A DNA stretch of 64,000 bases, from the NCBI GenBank assembly GCA_951804945.1, contig OX638158.1:38068001-38132000 (forward strand). The letters run 5' to 3'. A model generated the notes under the pieces. The model saw only the letters and a program-made list of their open reading frames with translations. It was not told the DNA's origin and searched no databases. This DNA comes from Podarcis cretensis. Taxonomy: Eukaryota. Within the stretch, counting starts at the first letter, position 1. The number at the start of each line of letters is the position of its first letter. This document shows, piece by piece, positions 39,146 to 52,027 of this stretch. A program made the position numbers and the translations under genes.

Positions 39146-39275
39146 AGCTTAGTTGGTAGAGCATGAGACTCTTGATCTCAGGGGCATGAGTCTGAGCTTC
39201 ACGTCGGGTAAAAGATTCCTGCATTGTGAAGTTGGACTAGATGATCCTCGTGGTCTCTTCCAACTCTACAATTCT
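39146..39275 (+). mobile_element. tRNA-Lys-derived SINE with CR1-like 3' tail
   Basis: Head resembles tRNA-Lys(CTT) with a decayed B box, followed by ttggactagatgatc...ttccaactctacaattct CR1 end. Confidence 0.8.
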
Positions 39276-39676
39276 CTGACCAACACACAATGTTCATGTT
39301 CAGGAGTCATGCTAAACTATATTTTAGTGTGACAAAAATGAGCCTAGGCAATCCCTGGTCCTTCCCCTTTTCCTGAATGTCTGCAAGGAAAGTTTTGTGT
39401 CTATTTTTGTTTAACCATTGTTTGTTGCCCTGTCCAAACCAGCAAACTGTGGTTAATGTTAACTCTTGTTTATCTGAAGCAAGCCAACTTGAAACCATGC
39501 CTCCGAAGACAACTCAGACACTGCAATTAGTGTAGAATCTAGCTGCCAAGATGTTAATTGGAGCATGTGGATGAGAATGCATAACACCAATATGACAATC
39601 TGCAATCATTACCTATTTGCTTCCTGAATTAATTTAAAATGCTGGTTCTAAATGGCTTTGAACCAGAATACCTTAA

Positions 39677-40112
39677 GGGACGCAGGTGGCGCTGTGGGTT
39701 AAAGCCTCAGCGCCTAGGACTTGCCGATCGAAAGGTCGGCGGTTCGAATCCCTGCGGCGGGGTGCGCTCCCGCTGCTCGGTCCCAGTGCCTGCCAACCTA
39801 GCAGTTCGAAAGCACCTCCGGGTGCAAGTAGATAAATAGGGACCGCTTACTAGCGGGAAGGTAAACGGCGTTTCCGTGTGCGGCTCTGGCTCTGGCTCTG
39901 GCTCTGGCCAGAGCAGCGATGTCACGCTGGCCACGTGACCCGGAAGTGTCTCCGGACAGCGCTGGCCCCTGGCCTCTTAAGTGAGATGGGCGCACAACCC
40001 CAGAGTCTGTCAAGACTGGCCCGTACGGGCAGGGGTACCTTTACCTTTACCTTTACCTTTACCTTTACCTTTACCTTTACCTTTACCTTTACCTTTACCT
40101 TTACCTTTACCT
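39677..40112 (+). mobile_element. Sauria SINE (young subfamily) with long (TTTACC)n tail, inserted in an old L2
   Basis: Intact CpGs, about 12 tail units, duplicated ttaagg target. Confidence 0.95.
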
Positions 40113-41602
40113 TTAAGGAGTGCCTCCTCCCATAGGAATCTGCTCAGTTCTCAGAGTCTAATTCAAGGGTTAACCAAGGCAGTGCCTGGGGGAACCATCA
40201 TGCCTGCAAGGACCTCCTATGGCACCCCAGAATATCTCAATATATATCCCACTCCAAAATCCATTATGCACCAGAAACTGTTCACTCTTCCAGCTCGGTT
40301 CCTGTTTGCACTAGCTTGACCTTTCCTGCACTGAACATGGTCCCTCAGACACACCACCATTTCATTTGTTACCAAGATAGGACATCCACCTTCCCTTCAT
40401 TTCTGAACAGAGGACAGGTGCAAAGAGATTCTCTCTGTGAGTGCAGATGTAGTGGTTGATGTAGGTTCCTGTATTCCATTGATTGGGATGGCAAATGTGT
40501 CCACTGATCCAACAGCATTGATGGTGACTCCTAGTTTAATTTTCAGTCTCTGCTCCAAGTTCCCCGTATGGTGGATAGGTATGAGAGACAGAGCCTTTTC
40601 AGTTGTGGTGCCAAGATGCTGGAACAGCTCTGGTAAAGGTAGAAATGCATCTGGCTCCTTGACTGCTCACCTTTCAGCAGATAACCAAGAAATGCATTCT
40701 TTCCAGCTGCCATTTTTAGCTGTGGTCCTTTAAAATGGATTTCAGTGGCTGATGTTGGAACCATTTTTTAAAACTTTTATAGTGTTTTCATATAAAATTC
40801 AGGATATATTAAAAATTTCTGCCCTAAATATTTTTATAGGAAAGCAAGGAAAAAATTCTGAAGATCAAATATTTTATTTCATCTATTTGAAAACATTTGA
40901 GCAGTAACTCTTTTCTTTATGCTTTATCTCTTTGTCGGTATTGTACAGAAAATAGCATACCATTTTACACGGTGAAGTGAATTTACTGATTTACCTACAG
41001 CAGCACTAAATCATAGCTGAATCAATAGATCTACCTATCAGGAAAAATTACTAGGGCCCGCTTATTACTGCAAGCTTAGAAATAACACTCTATGCCATTC
41101 CTTTCCCACCAATATGCACCATTATTTTTGTATTTCCTTGCTTCAATATGAAATAATGTCTCAGGTGATCAGCAGCTTCCTTCACTACAGTTTCATGGGT
41201 TTCATTATCAATAAGCCAAGCTATTTCTCCCTCACATTTGAAAAGAGTTCTGACACATCCTCATATCATTTGCTTTAGTCTCATGTGCAATCCTGTAGAT
41301 TGAAAAACATTTTCCTCCTATATGAAGCAGACAGACAGAAGAAACCAGTGCTGGAATATATCAGCATTTCCTAACATTCTGACCCACCATTCTGCTGTAA
41401 ATTCAACCTTCCATATTCCACACTGCCCAGGCTACAGAACACAATGTGTCAGAAACACATTTGGTTATCTTGGACTTCCCAAGCCATTTGGTCGGATTAA
41501 TATTTGAATATTAGTTATGGAAAGTTGTGCTCTATTTTCAGAGTTTAGTCTGCATGTAATGCAAAATTGCTCCAAATTTGTGCACATCTCTCCTTAAACC
41601 AC

Positions 41603-42059
41603 TGTAGTGGTTTCTAAGGGGTTGCTCGTGCATAAGCAGGTACCTATCTCCCTGGCTGGGTGCAAACACCTGGCTGGGCTGCCAAAGTGAACCTTATCTG
41701 TCCAGACCGCCACTCACCCGTGGCTGACTCAGTCGCTGGCAGAATCCGTGAGTGGGCGTTTCTTAAACTTCTTCCAGCAAAGAAGCTCTTTGACGCCTAG
41801 TCTCCGCCTACCCTCTCTGCGCGAAAGCCTTCTGCGCAGGGAGGGCGTGGGCAACGGAGGACCCCTACTCTCCCTGCTGGTCCCAGGCAAGGAGTCATGA
41901 GACCGCCTCGCCACTTCCCCCAGCTGCACCCCTTCTCCACTGGTGCTATGCTGATTCTCTTCCCCAGAAGAAGGGCTGCTCCTCCCGATCCCTGGACGCT
42001 CTCTGGAATCCCTCTGGCTTTTGTGCTCTCCCTCCAGGACTGATGGCAGGTCCCTGACA
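41603..42059 (-). mobile_element. Gypsy-like solo LTR (copy A) containing a 109-codon ORF
   Basis: TGTCAGGGA...CTACA termini; perfect 5-bp TSD accac (41598-41602, 42060-42064); homologous to 51559-51952. Confidence 0.88.
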
Positions 42060-44669
42060 ACCACAAAGCATGTATCATAATAAAGTTATTAATAACAGTG
42101 ACTTCTCCAGGTTTGAGTCAGAAGTCTAATTTTATTTATTTATTAATTGGTGGGATGGTAGAAGTGGCACAGGCAATGAGTATTTTTCCAGCTTGAAATC
42201 GCAATCTGAGCTGAAGAAGAACTAGCAAGGCTATAATGCACACTATGGCTTGAGGATAATCTAGATATAGATTTTTTTTTTCCTTGGAAAAAGCATGAGT
42301 CATAAAACATTCACTGGATGTGACAAAGTAAAAGAACCACTGTAAGTCTTCCCAAAGAGCTCCACATTCCCTTATAAACAAGCCAAGTGTAACTATTCAA
42401 TAATGGGATCTTTATAAAAGTCCATCACCAATTTCATTATGGGCCAAGAACAATCAGGTCAGCTCAACTATTTCTTTTGAAGTTATTTATAAATGATACA
42501 CTGAGTTGTTGCTGGCAAAGTTAGTGGAAAATGTAAGATGATGTAAGATTCATGAGCTTCTAATATTTTGAGCACCAAGGAATATGATAAATCTTTAATG
42601 CTTGAGAGCACAGATTTGCAGTAACATTGGATTTCTTGAACAATGAATCAAAATCCTGGGCACTGTGTACCATTCACCTTCTGTCTGAAATTCCTATTGA
42701 AAACAGTGGGATTTTTCCTCTTTCGGTTCTTGGGTCCTCTTAGTTTTTTCCCTGACAACTCTCAAACTAATCAACCTCACAGGGTTGTTGTGGGGATAAA
42801 GTAGGGGGCTGAACCTGGTGCACCAGGCTGAACTCCTTGTAAGAAGAGTAGAGCACAACAATGAATGGCTTCCAGAAAATGAATGGCTCCATTCAAAAAT
42901 GAATGGAGAAATGAATGAATGGAGTCACCTGCATTGCTAATATCCATTTTTATAGTTCTTCTGGCACATATGGTGTTTAGATAAATGTTTATGGTGCTTG
43001 GATCAATGGTATATTCATGCAGATCTGTCCCCTGATCCACAGTAGCTTACTGGTTTGATGGTTATCTTCCGACATCTCGCTACCCAATGATTGGTGACCA
43101 TTCTGTGATTCTCCATCTCATCTGTTACAGCAGGTGTACAGAGATCAAATTAAAAATATTTGACAGGATGAAATAATAGAAGCTTGGCATAAATTTTATG
43201 AATTTTACCTAAAGTTGGCCTGGAATAATATATACCATTTAGAAAACGTTTCATATATGCAAATCGGGTTTTTCAGATTTGATATGAAAGCAAGGCAACT
43301 GATGTTGTCTCAGTAAGTTAAGTTCAATCAAGTATAATTAAGTACAATTGGATATACTTTGGCTTGTAATTATCCTTGGACTTCTTGAGTGGGTGGGATA
43401 TTTTAATCTTGCCTTTTAAAAACATGATTGCATTTTATAGTTTTCTGTTTTGTTTTTGTTTTATGCTGGTTTTGATGTATGTGTTTGTTTATTTTTCTCT
43501 GTAAGCTGCTGTGAGTTTTAGTAAAATAAATAAATAAATCCAACCAACTAATAAGTTTAAGAAATAAATAAAAAGTGCAAATCAAGTACTCACCACCACC
43601 TGGTATATATGATGTAAAAATAAGACCCAGCCAGTCAGATGCATAGAGTTCAAAAGATGAAAATCCAGTGCCAAGAAAGATTATTGCACAAGGAGTTGTT
43701 GCTGGCAAAGATGACCTTTTCTTAGTGTTTTCAGATGTGGGCTGACCAGATTGGATCTTTATGTTCTTTGTAGAGATAATTCATGCATCCCAAAGAGCAG
43801 CCATTGTTTTTGAAATATCAACAGCTCAAGTTGTGGTTTGTATTGTTGCACAAAAACACTAATCAACACCATATTATCAATTATTATCACAGTGTATGAG
43901 TCATTCAAGCAAACCATTCGATTCCTTAGCACCGTGTGGTGAATGCCAGCAGTACTTGGAAATACTGTATTTGCAGCAGCAGTATTCAATTTAAATTGAC
44001 CTCTTTAAGCACCCTTATGTAGGAAATAGCACTAAGACGACCCTCCCTTATGTGCAGCCATTTTTTATTAATTCTGTTCATTTGAGGACAGCTGGGGGAC
44101 TTCCATTGTGAGAAGAGATGGTGGAGGATTCTAGTTATTTCCTTGCCACTTGGAAGCAGTGGCAAAACTGTAATCATCAAGCTAGAAATGGTTGCAATGT
44201 CCTCCTACACAATGGCCCAATGAAAATGGCACCATATCCTGGTCAGTGGGGGCATCTACCTTTCTTCCCCCACAATGCCCCTGGTGCTACATGATGATGC
44301 AGCATTGCTCCCATTGGACCACAGGACATCGTTACGTTGCCAAACTGCTCATTGTAGCCCTGTTGTTTTTGAAGCAGTGTCAAAGCATTGTTGTTGATGT
44401 TTAAAAGAAAGGAAATGGAACCCTTTGGCCATAACCGCTCATAATGGAAAGCCCTCCATCTCTGAAAATGAATAGATTTTGCCATGCCCATGAAAAGATG
44501 GACATTCCTGTCATTTAAAGTCTACTCAGTATTGATCCAGCATAGATTCCAATGTATAGTCAGCAGAGTAAAAACTTAAACACGTTGCAGGATTCCCCCC
44601 CAAAATAGACCAGGGGAAATTGTATTTCATCCAGCAGAGCTTTACTGCTACTGAAGACAAATGAGAATA

Positions 44670-44911
44670 CAGTGGTACCTCGGGTTACATACATTTCAGA
44701 TTACATACGCTTCAGGTTACAGACTCCGCTATCCCAGAAAAAGTGCTTCAGGTTAAGAACTTTGCTTCAGGATGAGAACAGAAATCGTACTCTGGCGGCA
44801 TGGCGGCAGCAGGAGGCCCCATTAGCTAAAGTGGTGCTTCAGGTTAAGAACAGTTTCAGGTTAAGAACGGACCTCTGGAACGAATTAAGTACTTAACCTG
44901 AGGTACCACTG
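44670..44911. mobile_element. Tc1/mariner (Tigger/pogo-like) MITE
   Basis: TIR cagtggtacctc...gaggtaccactg flanked by TA dinucleotides. Confidence 0.92.
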
Positions 44912-45000
44912 TAATGGTCACAAATCCAATACATTCAGGATTGGCACTGTCCATAAGAAATCCAGTTGCAGCAGACTTAACTTAAACTTACAATAACTTA

Positions 45001-45367
45001 GGTAAAAAGGTAAAGGTACCCCTGCCCGTACGGGCCAGTCTTGCCAGACTCTAGGGTTGTGCGCTCATCTCACTCTAGAGGCCGGGAGCCAGCGCTGTCT
45101 GCAGACACTTCCGGGTCATGTGGCCAGTGTGACAAAGCTGCTCCGGCGAACCGGCAACAGAGCAGCACATGGAACGCTGTTTACCTTCCCGCTATAAAGC
45201 GGGACCTATTTATCTATTTGCACTTAGGGGTGCTTTCGAACTGCTAGGTGGGCAGGAGCTGGGACCGAACGACGGGAGCTCACCCCGCCGCGGGGATTCG
45301 AACTGCTGACCATGCGATCGGCAAGTCCTAGGCGCTGAGGTTTTACCCACAGCGCCACCCGTGTCCC
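45001..45367 (-). mobile_element. Sauria SINE, full length
   Basis: 14-bp TSD cttacaataactta (44987-45000, 45368-45381). Confidence 0.95.
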
Positions 45368-47339
45368 CTTACAATAACTTATAGTAAGACTAAAGCTTAA
45401 CCCTACATACAGACCACCACACCAGAAAGGGGGGGGGGGATAGAAACAGAGTGTGTGAAACCCAGGCTCCTTCTGGCCTCACTGTTATAGTCAGCATGAC
45501 CTTGACAGAAAGAGATAACAGAACCAGTTTAAACCAGCTGTACTCAGCTTCTCTAAAGGAATAGCCCAAACATCATGAACCTTCTGCTTGTTTCTTTCAC
45601 ACAGAGAAACTTCCAGAAGCTTCTTGAATTAAGCAGAATAGGAAAGATCTCTACACATCAGATCAATACTTTCTGTACAAAGACCGATCTTCCCAGGTTT
45701 GCCAACATTTTTGCTACTGTGGTTTGCCAGAGACAGCCACTGAGAGAGCATAAGCACAAGTGCAGAAAATGAGTTTAAGCCAAACCTTTCCCTCTCACTA
45801 CAAGACCTTTTCCCTTTCCAAGCCAGGTTGTGTACCTGTCAAAAGTAAATGAAATGGTCCTCATCTTGAGCACTGAAATAAGATACAAACATGAAGGTGG
45901 GCAGCATTTTCTTCATCTGCTCCTACGCCTGTGCTAGAAAGAAATACGCAAGGCTGGCACCACGTAACAATTATCATAAAATGTATGCATGCCGGCCTCT
46001 TATTCTGACAATGCAGTACAAGTTGACATTTCCAATTTTAAGGAAAGCTAAGAGAACCTTATCCTTCATTAACGAGGACAGAGCTTCCCACTCTTTCCTC
46101 TGTGCAAACCAGAAACCCAAAAGCCTCATATAAACAATATTTCATGACATTCAGAAACTTTGAAATGAACCTATTTAGCAGTGATCCATTTTTGGGGAAG
46201 CCTGTCCAGTTTAATGAGAGTGGTAGCGGTGCTTAGCCTACTAAATAAAAGCAATTGCCACTCAAAGCTTTCATAAGTTATTTGAAGTCTCCGAACTCAC
46301 TTGTCAAAAGCAGGGAACAAGACCATCTGACGGGTGCTTAACATAGCTCATGCAACGTCTGGGGTGATGTCTTTAGATTTAAATGGGATTCTTTATTTAT
46401 ACAAAGCATGGGCATCTATGATTTAGAAAGGAAAAAGGAAAGAAATGGGCCAATGAGGAAGAAGAAAAGGAAACCATTTTTTCCTGTTTTTCTCATTCTC
46501 CCTCTTCCATATCTGCCATATCTGCATACATACAGAATTAGGCCTTCCTGAATGCTTCTTACTAAAAGCTATTATATAATAACTCATTTGAACTGGTAAG
46601 GCTCACAATGACAAGGCATCCCCTGCAAAGTTAATAAAATGAATGTCTCTGTGACTGAAGAAATGCAGCTGTGCTAATATTTAGGTATTTAAAATGTTTA
46701 TATATCACCCTTCATCCTATTTAGGATGTTAGGATCAATTCCATCCCCATAGAAATAATAGTAAGGCAACATGTAAGATACTTCAAATAATTAAACTTTA
46801 AAACCTTGAAGTGCCTGGGTGAATATGGAATAACATTTTTGTCAGGCACCCAAAAAGACTTGTAGCACAGGCACCAGATGCACCTCTTTGGAGCCCCTTA
46901 ACCAGGGTACAACTGCCAAAAAAACCCATTAATTTTGTTGGAAACTAGTGTAAATAGAATAAAGAATGTATCTGGAGAAAGGCCTTGACATAAAATCTCA
47001 ATATCATTATTTGTTGACCTCATGAAACCATGAGCCATATGTGCAGAATCAATGCTGACAGTAAGTGAATGCAATGAGAAAACTCTAGTGTAATAACCAA
47101 CTGTTATAAACTATGGGTGGTATCCAACAAAGTAGATCTCCTAGGGCAAAGATTTTCAGCTGCACAACAGAACTTTCCCTCCCTCTCCCCTCTCCCCATG
47201 TGCATTCTCCCCATTCTGGTCTGGATTGTCCTCAACCCTCTAAGTCAAATTTGGGGAGGGTACAAGAGGTGCACAGGAAGAGGAATGGAATGGGAAGTTC
47301 TATTGTGCAATGTTAACTACCATGGAAGACAGAACAGAA

Positions 47340-47690
47340 GCCTGGGGAACCCCACAGGCCAATGACAGAGGAATCAAACAGAAGTTCTCCAGCACCACCT
47401 TCTGGGTTCACTTCTCCAGGAAGGAATGGAGCCACTGTAAAGCAGTGTCTCCAAGTTCCATCCCAGCAAGGCTGCCCAGAAGGATATCGTGGCTGACAGT
47501 ATCAAAAGCAACTCAGAGGTGCAGCAGAACCTACAGGGACACACTTCTCCTATCCAGTTTCCAGTGTACATCATCCACCAAGGTGACTAAATCTGTCTGC
47601 ATCCCAAATGGATCTAGATGCTCAGTCTTCTCCAGTAACCTCTGGAGCTGAGATGCCACCACACGCTCCAGTACATTGTCCAAAAATTGG
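47340..47690 (-). mobile_element. Old L2 RT fragment
   Basis: Minus ...LLILSATISFWAALLGWNLETLLYSG frameshifted from the L2 RT 'LDLSAAFDT..H.ILL.RL' region. Confidence 0.6.
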
Positions 47691-48349
47691 TTATCAGAGC
47701 AAATTGTTTACAACTCGGGCTGTCGAGTGGTCTAAATTATTTTCACATGGGCCAGAGTATAAAACACTCCTGACCACTTGAAACAGGTTCGCTGGACAGC
47801 TCCTTGTTGATGCAATGGAGGCCGAATAGTTTGTGTGTGTGTGTGTGTTTGCTGCCTCCACTGCCACAGAATAGGGCTTAAAACATACTGTATTCCAGCC
47901 TGTGTTCAGTCAGACTCATACTGAGTTTTCCAGCAAGTTGCTGTCTTACATGTTTCATCATCACCAGCTCTCCGGAGAACCAGAGGGCTGGTTTAGCTTC
48001 ACTTTGCGAGAGGGCAAGTTCAGCAGCTAGTATGTCCACCGTCCTGGTGATTGCTCCAATCCAAAGATCCCTGGCCCATGTGTGGGAGATCCGGTAATCA
48101 GAGCACCCCACTCTGCCCTTCCCTCCCCACAAACTTTCCTGCTGCCACCAATCCAAAGTCTTTATTTTTCCCTGGCTGCCTCCACCAAATAACCTAAGCA
48201 CCTTGGACTGCCTAGGGAATGTAGGGTTTGGCTATTAAGTGTGGCATGTATTATAGAAGACAAGGATTTATGAACCAAGTTTAAAAGTTTACAAGGAGAT
48301 TATTCTTAGGAAAAAGGTCTTGCCATCTGAAAAGACACATGCACACACA

Positions 48350-49984
48350 CAGGGCCGGATTTAGATGAAGAGAGGCCCTAGGCTACTTCACTTGTGAGGC
48401 CCCTCCCCATCCCCCACCCTCACAACTAGGAGAAAATGGAAGAGTGTTATAAACAAAATTGAGTGAAGCCAAGAATGATGACGGGTATTTAAAATTCTAC
48501 AATTCACAATTTCTTCTCTAAACGACATAATATATTATTGTTAAATACCATGGTGATTTTAAATTCAAGTTGCGCCCCACTGCTTATAGAATCATAGAAT
48601 CATAGAATCATAGAGTTGGAAGAGACCACAAGGGCCATTGAGTCCAACCCCCTGCCAAGCAGGAAACACCATCAGAGCACTCCTGACATATGGTTGTCAA
48701 GCCTCTGCTTAAAGACCTCCAAAGAAGGAGACTCCACCACACTCCTTAGCAGCAAATTCCACTGTCGAACAGCTCTTACTGTCAGGAAGTTCTTCCTAAT
48801 GTTTAGGTGGAATCTTCTTTCTTGTAGTTTGGAGCCATTGCTCCGTGTCCGCTTCTCTGGAGCAGCAGAAAACAACCTTTCTCCCTCCTCTATGTGACAT
48901 CCTTTTATATATTTGAACATGGCTATCATATCACCCCTTAACCTCCTCTTCTCCAGGCTAAACATGCCCAGCTCCTTTAGCCGTTCCTCATAAGGCATCG
49001 TTTCCAGGCCTTTGACCATTTTGGTTGCCCTCCTCTGGACACGTTCCAGTTTGTCAGTGTCCTTCTTGAACTGTGGTGCCCAGAACTGGACACAGTACTC
49101 CAGGTGAGGTCTGACCAGAGCAGAATACAGTGGCACTATTACTTCCCTTGATCTAGATGCTATATTCCTATTGATGCAGCCCAGAATTGCATTGGCTTTT
49201 TTAGCTGCCGCATCACACTGTTGGCTCATGTCAAGTTTGTGGTCAACCAAGACTCCTAGATCCTTTTCACATGTACTGCTCTCAAGCCAGGTGTCACCCA
49301 TCTTGTATTTGTGCCTCTCATTTTTTTTTGCCCAAGTGCAATACTTTACATTTCTCCCTGTTAAAATTCATCTTGTTTGTTTTGGCCCAGTTCTCTAATC
49401 TGTCAAGGTCGTTTTGAAGTGTGATCCTGTCCTCTGGGGTGTTAGCCACCCCTCCCAGTTTGGTGTCATCTGCAAATTTGATCAGGATGCCCTTGAGTCC
49501 ATCATCCAAGTCATTGATAAAGATGTTGAATAAGACTGGGCCCAAGACAGAACCCTGTGGCACCCCACTAGTCACTCTTCTCCAGGATGAAGAGGAACCA
49601 TTGATGAGCACCCTTTGGGTTCGGTCAGTCAGCCAGTTACAAATCCACTGAGTGGTAGCATAGTTAAGACCGCATTTTACCAGCTTCTTAGCTTCTTTAC
49701 AAGAATAAAATTGGGCCCTGAGTCTAATGAATTGCCCTGCCCTTGCATGAAATCTTGGGTTTACAATTTTTGGAGAGGGGAGACTGCGGCACTGGGAAGA
49801 GGGCAGGCTGGCGAGGCCCCCTAGATTTAGAGGTTTGAGTTGCCCTGCCCTCACATGAAGTCTTGGGTTTGCAATTCTGGGAGAGGGGAGACTGCCCGCT
49901 GGGGAGCGGACTGGCGGGCAAGGCCCCCTAGATTTAGAGGCCCTATGCTTCAACCTACTTAGCCTATACATAAATCCGGCACTG
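48350..49984. mobile_element. hAT-type non-autonomous element hosting a CR1
   Basis: TIR cagggccggattta...taaatccggcactg; 8-bp TSD cacacaca (48342-48349, 49985-49992); internal ~105-bp tandem duplication at 49729-49940. Confidence 0.85.
48586..49689 (-). mobile_element. CR1 LINE, 5'-truncated, young
   Basis: RT motifs [47 protein letters not shown]; (GATTCTAT)n tail; one frameshift at the T9 run 49321-49329. Confidence 0.97.
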
Positions 49985-50254
49985 CACACACAACAATCCC
50001 AAAGGAACATTTGCGTACAGAAATAAAGCAGGTTAAACACATCTAGCTAGTCCTAGTGAATACTGATTCCTATCAGCTAAGATTCTGTTAAGCAAGTCTT
50101 ACAGTTAGAGTTCTTGAGATCTTAAGACAGTTTCCAGTGATGGTCTTCTTTCTCTTATCTCATTATTTTCTAACACTTTGGCTGGCTACCTGCTCTCAGA
50201 CCACCTCATACGAATTCCATACATTATCTAGGGAATCCAGCAATCTGTGGATTC

Positions 50255-50589
50255 CTGAGTGGACACCCAAGTCAATCCTCATGTTGGCCGGGAGGGAGCC
50301 GGTGTTTGTCCACAGACAGCTTTCCAGGTCATGTGGCCAGCATGACTAAACCGCTTCTGGTGCAATGGAAAACCGTAACGGAAACCAGAGCACACGAAAA
50401 TGCCGTTTACCTTCCTGCCACAGTGGTACATATTTATCTACTTGCACTGGTGTGTTTTCAAACTGCTAGGTTGGCAGGAGCTAGGACAGAGCAACGGGAG
50501 CTCACCCCATCTAGGGATTTGAACCACTAACCTTGTGATTGGCAAGCCCAGGAGTCTCAGTGGTTTAGATCACAGCACCACCTGCGTCC
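50255..50589 (-). mobile_element. Sauria SINE (older subfamily)
   Basis: ggtcatgtggccagcatgact...aactgctaggttggcaggagct...cagcaccacctgcgtcc. Confidence 0.9.
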
Positions 50590-51558
50590 TGTAAGGAATA
50601 AAAGGCTGGTTCAGATAAAATATGGCATGTTCTCCACAACTAAGAAATTGGGAAACAGTTTGTTCCATTAGTTTGCTGGGAATCAGAAAAAGAAAACAAA
50701 TAGTGGATGCTGTGTTATTCTGCATGTAAATACTAGAAACTGTACAGCTAGCTTTCCTAATTTGGTCTGAGAAGAGACATGCATAAAAAAGACTTTATAT
50801 GCAAATTGGAAATTAGACAAGGTAAAAAAATGTATAGCAAAGTTTTTGACAGAACTGCTTAGCATTGCAGAAGTGCTCTCACCTCCTTCTTTATCCCATT
50901 TTGGCATTTCACACGCAGAGACAAATTAGAGACACCCTTTGACATTTCTGTCTGTTTCATCTCCACACAAGTGATATCAGTCAAATAAAAAGAGGGAAAA
51001 TGGCAACTAGCTTCTTGTGTGTTGATAGAAAGCCATTGGTGACTTTCCACAGAAGATTTGGATTGGGAATCAGACATGAATCTCCGAGGTAAAGCCCTTC
51101 CAAAGTGACCCTAAGTGAATACCACCTTCCAAGCTATTCAAAATATTCAGAGCTATTAAAAAACAAAAAAAAATCATACACAGTTGCCTAGACTAAGGGT
51201 GACATCCACTTGTAGCCTTGTGCAGGACCCAGAAGAGAGTCTTTTCTGTAGTGGCTCCCTACTATAGAATTCCATCTCCTTGGAACATGAATGGTCCCAC
51301 AAAGACCCATGTATTTTCTGAAGCCTTTTGAAAGATGAAACTTGATTTATTTTTGCCTGGATCATCCCAGATATGTATGTATGTATTATTATTGGAATGA
51401 AACTGCCCACTATGCTTTAATTGCATTGTATGATGTTTTAGTGATGTGGAAACTGCTTTGAGATTATTCTGATAAAAACTAGTATATAAAAGTCTCAAAT
51501 AAATAAAATAAATAGATCTTTCAGAGTAGGTATCCAAATTAAAGTAAGTCAATGGCAC

Positions 51559-51952
51559 TGTCAGGGAACTGCCATCGGAGCTCAGGGTGGTGGAGAGGCT
51601 CTCGGATGCTGAGGAGGGAACCAGCAGGGGGAGAGGGAGAATTTCCACTGAAGAAGATGGGAAGGAGGTGAGGCTCAGAGACGCTTCAAGCAAGACCAGT
51701 AGTGAGAGCTCAGGACCTCCCCTTGGAACGCCCACTCTGCGCAGAAAGCTGTCGTGCAGGGAATCAAGGAGGAGACTTTCTGTCAAAGAGCTTTTATGTT
51801 GGAAGAAATTCAGGAAACGCCCACTGACGGATTCTGCCAGTGATTAAGGCAGCCACGCACGCATGGCTGTCTGGTTAGGGAAAGTTTGAAACTAACTACA
51901 AAACTGGGAGCGTTTTAGCGCTTACGCACAAGCAACCCCTTATCCCATTACA
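51559..51952 (+). mobile_element. Gypsy-like solo LTR (copy B) containing a 95-codon ORF
   Basis: TGTCAGGGA...TTACA termini; perfect 5-bp TSD ggcac (51554-51558, 51953-51957). Confidence 0.88.
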
Positions 51953-52027
51953 GGCACATATGATTCTTTGTCTTCTTTCCTATTGTTTCAGGCACAAATA
52001 ATCTGAGCAGATGTCAATATGAAGAGT

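Noticed and set aside
39146-39210. tRNA-Lys gene
   Set aside because: The acceptor stem and T-loop are degraded and it is fused to a CR1-like tail, so it is a SINE.
49318-50040. 240-aa ORF with an N-terminal repeat
   Set aside because: Fortuitous fusion of MITE tandem-repeat sequence with CR1 RT.
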